Source: an uncultured virus (IMG/VR IMGVR_UViG_3300027734_000046)
Taxonomy: Duplodnaviria; Heunggongvirae; Uroviricota; Caudoviricetes
Virus record (IMG/VR): IMGVR_UViG_3300027734_000046
Location: 1 to 64,000 of that record
Strand: one strand, 5' to 3'
DNA length: 64,000 nucleotides
A program made the position numbers and the translations under genes. Each line of letters opens with the position of its first letter. Positions within the stretch are counted from its first letter, which is position 1. The notes beneath the pieces are model-generated. The model did no database searches. It had not been told where the DNA came from and worked only from the letters and a program-made list of their open reading frames with translations. This document shows positions 59,438-64,000 of the stretch, one piece after another.

Positions 59438-59466
59438 TTTTTATTTCTTTAATAATAAATATATTA

Positions 59467-62103
59467 TTATGGGCAAACAACAACGCTGCTACCCTTAATT
59501 GTAACATTAATTGATGAAACCAATCCTTTTGAATCTTTAATAGTACATACATACGTTCCAGCTTTTAACCCTGTATAGCTTGTTGTTGTTGTAAATGCTG
59601 AAGTACCAACTTTATACGTATAAGGCGCTGTTCCACCAGAACCACTTAAAGTTATTGTCCCATCATTTCTAGTTTTACATGTTGTGTTTGTTGATGATAC
59701 CAATACAACATTTGGTGTTGCTGAATATTTGTATAATCCAATATCCATCGTACTAGTTAAAGGTGCACCAGCAAAATCTTTATTAATTCCACTAATCAAT
59801 GAACCATTACCAATACCATAACTCCCAGGCACCAAAGTAAAATCCCAATTTTCAGGATTTGGTGACGTTGTATTTTTAAATATTTGTTGTGAACCAGTAT
59901 AAAGCACTTCTCCTGAATTTAAACTTGCGCCATCTCCGAGTCTAGAAACATTATTAAAACTTGTTCCTTGTCCTGTAGGGAATGTATGTGAAAACCCACC
60001 ATTCACATAATAGATATTGTTTTTTCTTTTTATTCTTGTTCCATTAGAATTTGTGACTCTACTATCAGGATAAATTAATTGTAGTCCAGTCGTACCCCAA
60101 ATAATATTATTTCTCATGTCGATAAGTGTATCGTAATCATTACCATAACATGCTGGACCTGAAAAGAACGCAAACAATCTATCATTATCTGCATTGTTAT
60201 CAAAACCACCATAGTAACCACTTGACGATGGATTGTTTGGTTGACTCCACCTAATACCCTTGGTAGATAATGGCGGGAAAGCCAAAAATTCTACATCAAC
60301 TCCTGTTCTTTGCGGCGCTTTGTCTAGTGTTATTGAATTTACACCTAAAGATGTTACTGTTGCATAATCTCTATCCCCACCAGCAAAATATGGTGGGACC
60401 GCTTTTTCAGGTCCGTACACTGTTGACCCCACTTGAATACCATCCATTCTTGATAAGGATGTTATTTGGTTTGAACCTGATGTAAAGGTACCTGTCGGGT
60501 CAATATTTCCAGTTGTTAAAAAATTCGCACCCCAAAACCACCATTTAAAATCTTGGCCATCACCATACACATCACCACCAAATCCATTACCTGAAAATCT
60601 ACTTTTGTCGTTTTCTACAACTATATTATTCCAAATTCTTATATTATATTGCGCTGCGGCAAAAACATCACCACAAGGTAAATGTAAACTAATAACATCC
60701 AACGAATTTATTATTAAGTTAAATGCAATTGTATCGTTATTCATACCTGAAGTAATATCATCATTGTCTATGCTTCCTGCTTCAATAAAACTACTACAGT
60801 CGATTACTTTATTATATACTATTTTTGAATTTTGTAAATTAAACACGTCTAAAGTTATACCACCCATTCCTTGTGTTGATGAATTTCTACCTGATTTGGC
60901 CCAAGCACCTTTAAAATAATTATAACTAATTTCCAGATTTTTACCATTTAAAGCTTCTATTGCGCCAGCTAATACATCATTAATCCCAAACGTATCAACC
61001 GTACTTTTAAAGTTGGTGAATACATTTTTAGTAATCTTACTATTAAAAGCACTTACTGAACCAATACCGAATGACATATTACTAAAATAACAGTTTTGAA
61101 CTGTAAAATTAAATACACTACCTTTTCTATCACCATAATCTCTGTTAGTGCCCCAAATTGTATCGGTACCATTAACTTTAGTGTCTTGGTATTCACCCAT
61201 TAACATTCCACCGTAACTATACGCAGGATTTTGTTTATCGGCAACAGGAAAACGGGTATCATTAAATTGTAACCCATCTATTATTATATTGCTAACACCA
61301 CCAAATTGTGCAACCCAGTGAGTGGGACCATCTTTATATGGGGATTCAGCCGTTGGAAAAACAAAATTAGGTAATGGCAAAGACTTGTCACCATAACTTG
61401 AAAACACAATCGGTTTTTCAGGTGTTCCACTAGGTGCGGTAAAATCGTCATACGGCCTATCAATATATGAAAAACTCACAAAATTAAAATAACCAAGGGT
61501 ACCATCATATCCGTTTGCAAACATGTCACCTCTTTTAAACAGTATTGAATCACCAGGCAAGAAAGTAACATTTGGACTTGATGTCATATTTTGAAGAGCA
61601 ATCAACGTTTTTTTAGGTGTACTTGGTGATAAACCATCATTATCATCGTTACCTGAAGTACTAAAATAGTATTTTTTATTTGGGCCAGCAGCAAGTGTTG
61701 TAAATGTAAGTTCATTACCATACGAAGTATCAACAGCATTTATAGCAAACGCTCTGATATAATAAGTTGTTGATGGTAATAATGGCATAATTCCACCACC
61801 ACCATCTGGATAATTCGGTGGTATAACGGCAACAAAATGATTAACATAAGGACCAGTACCTGTAGAAGGATAACCTAGTCTATAGTATTTAACATAAGGG
61901 CTTAATTTTGGATTTGGAGAAGTACTCCAAACAACACCTCTTTTTGTTACTGGAGAACCCCCATCACTTGTTACATTACCACCACTTTCTGCTCTAAGTG
62001 CCTCAATACGACTTATCGCATTAGTTGTAACCGTTGGCGCTGTTTGACTAAAACCAAAAATCGTTAATAAACTTAACGTTAATACTAGTAATACTTTTTT
62101 CAT
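59467..62103 (-). CDS. Secreted-type protein: signal peptide, FN3-like domain, right-handed beta-helix and SprB-like repeat
   Basis: MKKVLLVLTLSLLTIFGFS|Q; SGGNVTSDGGSPVT.RGVVWS...YYIRAFAIN; YYFSTSGNDDNDGLSP...PGDSILFKRGD; C-terminal TC...DGTITL.GSGGTAPYTY...GL.AGTY...KDSKG. Confidence 0.7.
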   Translation of the reverse strand: MKKVLLVLTLSLLTIFGFSQTAPTVTTNAISRIEALRAESGGNVTSDGGSPVTKRGVVWSTSPNPKLSPYVKYYRLGYPSTGTGPYVNHFVAVIPPNYPDGGGGIMPLLPSTTYYIRAFAINAVDTSYGNELTFTTLAAGPNKKYYFSTSGNDDNDGLSPSTPKKTLIALQNMTSSPNVTFLPGDSILFKRGDMFANGYDGTLGYFNFVSFSYIDRPYDDFTAPSGTPEKPIVFSSYGDKSLPLPNFVFPTAESPYKDGPTHWVAQFGGVSNIIIDGLQFNDTRFPVADKQNPAYSYGGMLMGEYQDTKVNGTDTIWGTNRDYGDRKGSVFNFTVQNCYFSNMSFGIGSVSAFNSKITKNVFTNFKSTVDTFGINDVLAGAIEALNGKNLEISYNYFKGAWAKSGRNSSTQGMGGITLDVFNLQNSKIVYNKVIDCSSFIEAGSIDNDDITSGMNNDTIAFNLIINSLDVISLHLPCGDVFAAAQYNIRIWNNIVVENDKSRFSGNGFGGDVYGDGQDFKWWFWGANFLTTGNIDPTGTFTSGSNQITSLSRMDGIQVGSTVYGPEKAVPPYFAGGDRDYATVTSLGVNSITLDKAPQRTGVDVEFLAFPPLSTKGIRWSQPNNPSSSGYYGGFDNNADNDRLFAFFSGPACYGNDYDTLIDMRNNIIWGTTGLQLIYPDSRVTNSNGTRIKRKNNIYYVNGGFSHTFPTGQGTSFNNVSRLGDGASLNSGEVLYTGSQQIFKNTTSPNPENWDFTLVPGSYGIGNGSLISGINKDFAGAPLTSTMDIGLYKYSATPNVVLVSSTNTTCKTRNDGTITLSGSGGTAPYTYKVGTSAFTTTTSYTGLKAGTYVCTIKDSKGLVSSINVTIKGSSVVVCP

Positions 62104-62128
62104 TTTTTTTATTTTTTTAATTTTTTAT

Positions 62129-63103
62129 TTAACAATTAGTTACATCTATAGTCCATCCACTTGAAACCAGACTTGTATATGCGCTATATCCTAATGTATT
62201 GGCAGATAAACAACCATTACCAGTTTGATTAAATAATGTTATTGTATTTGGATTTTGCCAATACGTAGTTGCACTCAATTTAATTAATGTGTTAGTTATA
62301 CCACTATTAGGCAACGAATTATCGTTCAAATATATATACGAAATAAAATTAGGGAATGGATTACCTAACGACCATGGATTAAATGTTGATATTGAATTAT
62401 AACTTAAATCTAACACCTGCAATCTGCTAGGTAATGGTTGATACGGTGTAAAATTAGTTATTGAATTATAGCTTAAATTTAATGTTTGAATACTTGGTAT
62501 TGGTAATGATGGGTCATAATTTGTGATTAAATTATTATTCAAATAAAGATTTGAAATACCCAAAGGAAAAGGAACTGTTGGGGTGAACCCTGTCAATAAA
62601 TTATTATTTAAATATAAATCAGTCAGCCCTTGTGGTAAACTAGTCGGTGTAAATGCTGTTACACTATTATACGATAAATCCAACGTTTGAACCGAACTAG
62701 GTAATGTTGAAATTCTACTATCAAAGTTATTGATTAAGTTACCACTTAAATTTAAATACGTTAAACCACTTAAATTCTCTAAACCTATTATATCCCTTAA
62801 TCTATTATTACCATACCCTGAAGATATGTCCAAATTGTTAATTAATATTGGGTTGTTAATAGCTGTTGATGCGGTATAGTTACCGTTAATTGAATATGTG
62901 TGTGATGGTGTATAGTTATCAGAACTTAAATATGTATTTTGAGAGCCATCACCCCAATTTACTGTCATTGTGAAATTAGAGGAGCCCTGAACAAAAAAGT
63001 TTAACGAATTACCTGTTGAATTAAAAACAAATTTTAATTGTCCTTCCGTAGATGCAGATGTTTTATATGATGAGGCTGTTAAACCAATATAAAATAATTT
63101 CAT
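62129..63103 (-). CDS. PKD-like + leucine-rich repeat protein
   Basis: VNWGDG...HTY followed by about seven LxxLxLSxNxI repeats. Confidence 0.8.
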   Translation of the reverse strand: MKLFYIGLTASSYKTSASTEGQLKFVFNSTGNSLNFFVQGSSNFTMTVNWGDGSQNTYLSSDNYTPSHTYSINGNYTASTAINNPILINNLDISSGYGNNRLRDIIGLENLSGLTYLNLSGNLINNFDSRISTLPSSVQTLDLSYNSVTAFTPTSLPQGLTDLYLNNNLLTGFTPTVPFPLGISNLYLNNNLITNYDPSLPIPSIQTLNLSYNSITNFTPYQPLPSRLQVLDLSYNSISTFNPWSLGNPFPNFISYIYLNDNSLPNSGITNTLIKLSATTYWQNPNTITLFNQTGNGCLSANTLGYSAYTSLVSSGWTIDVTNC

Positions 63104-63106
63104 ATT

Positions 63107-63478
63107 TTATTTTTTTATGCTCCCTTCTAAGACATTTATAAATAATTCTTCTCTAATTGGAACAACCAACGTTCCACTACCATCTAAAAATTCTATCGTA
63201 AAAGTACCAACATATCTTCCAGCCTTTTCAGTATCCCTTTCAGAAAATTGATAAACTAGATAATATTCCTCACCAACACAATCAACAGGTATTACAAGTT
63301 GGGTACCAGCAATTTTTCTACCGATTCTTTTAACGCCTGTTGTTACATCAGACATACTAAAATATATTGTTGCATTTTGAATTTGTTCAAAAAATCTTCT
63401 GAAATCATTTCTACCATCTTGAATTAGCTCAAGCTTTAGGATAGGTAATGTTGCGCCTTTATTTATAAAAAATTCCAT
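63107..63478 (-). CDS. BppU-like fibre/baseplate attachment domain protein
   Basis: FFINKGATLP.L...Y.F...DT..AGRY.G.F.I.F..G...P pattern. Confidence 0.6.
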   Translation of the reverse strand: MEFFINKGATLPILKLELIQDGRNDFRRFFEQIQNATIYFSMSDVTTGVKRIGRKIAGTQLVIPVDCVGEEYYLVYQFSERDTEKAGRYVGTFTIEFLDGSGTLVVPIREELFINVLEGSIKK

Positions 63479-63492
63479 ATATTATTTTAATA

Positions 63493-64000
63493 TTAATCAT
63501 AAACTCTTATTTCTATCACAGTATAATAGGTATCGCCAAATACCCTATCTGAGGTTGCCTTAGCTACTTGTATTTTACTTGAATCTACAAAATTGGTAAA
63601 CATAAAACCATAAGTAGCTACTGTTATATCACCCCCACCCTTAGATACACCACATGTAGCAAAAATTGCCGTTTTATCAGTAGTAAATGGTGTACCAGTA
63701 GATGCGCTAATTGTTATTACTTTTACACTCCTATCGTAAACTACACCAATTGTTGTGTTAAGTTCATTTTCTAAAACAATAGGATAACCAGCAGTCATAT
63801 TATTTCCAGAATCTATATCAACCGCCGCAACATATCTTTTATAAGGGTTTATTGTTCTCCACATAGTACCATCATACAACTGGAGACCAGCATATCTCCT
63901 TGTAGGAGTACTTCCAGAGGCATCTGAATGAACAATAAGTCCTTTTGCTGGACTACTTGGCAAATCTCCACTACCTACTCTTGGTGGTAAAAAACCTTTA
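63493..64000 (-). CDS. C-terminal part of a tail fibre-like protein (starts beyond window end)
   Basis: The frame stays open to the window edge: KGFLPPRVGSGDLPSSPAKGLIVH...YDGTMW, similar to the KGFLGPRM...GLIVY...W module of 46435-49374. Confidence 0.7.
   Translation of the reverse strand, partial: KGFLPPRVGSGDLPSSPAKGLIVHSDASGSTPTRRYAGLQLYDGTMWRTINPYKRYVAAVDIDSGNNMTAGYPIVLENELNTTIGVVYDRSVKVITISASTGTPFTTDKTAIFATCGVSKGGGDITVATYGFMFTNFVDSSKIQVAKATSDRVFGDTYYTVIEIRVYD

Noticed and set aside
1..64000. Stop-codon reassignment (as in Lak and some crAss-like phages)
   Set aside because: Genes are full length and densely packed under code 11. TAG ends nrdJ and the tape measure gene, and TGA ends 49371-50423, all at sensible positions.
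1..64000. tRNA or rRNA genes
   Set aside because: Intergenic gaps are short and AT-rich, with no cloverleaf or TTCGA-type T-loop signature seen by eye.

Overview
This is a 64-kb segment of an AT-rich, large myovirus (jumbo-phage-like, distantly T4-related) that uses the standard genetic code and is almost all encoded on the minus strand. The host is very likely a Bacteroidetes: there are seven copies of a TTG-N19/20-TAnnTTTG promoter, no evident Shine-Dalgarno sites, and a gene with a signal peptide and SprB repeat. Left to right: partial gp25 baseplate gene; replication/recombination module (class II RNR, DnaB/gp41 helicase, 5'-3' exonuclease, UvsX/RecA, gp32 SSB); two giant baseplate proteins (one with M15 peptidase, lysozyme-like and SGNH domains, one with an OmpA-like domain); tape measure, tail chaperone pair, tail tube, putative internal head proteins, a homing-endonuclease-like gene and a 1636-aa tail sheath; a fibre/adhesin cluster; neck genes, SNF2 helicase, glutaredoxin, family B DNA polymerase, an ArdC-like protein and more surface/fibre genes. 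The most striking observation is an ~800-aa insertion in the sheath made of exactly seven ~92-aa repeats followed by exactly seven ~19-aa repeats, the pattern expected of recursively nested ('Russian-doll') domains forming a filament on each sheath subunit. Also notable: a candidate +1/-2 frameshift in the tail chaperone pair, a strand-oriented ATATTTAT motif before 16 genes (the reverse complement of the T4 late-promoter core), and shared leader peptides suggesting capsid-packaged cargo, including the ArdC-like protein. All calls come from motif recognition by eye; no searches were run.
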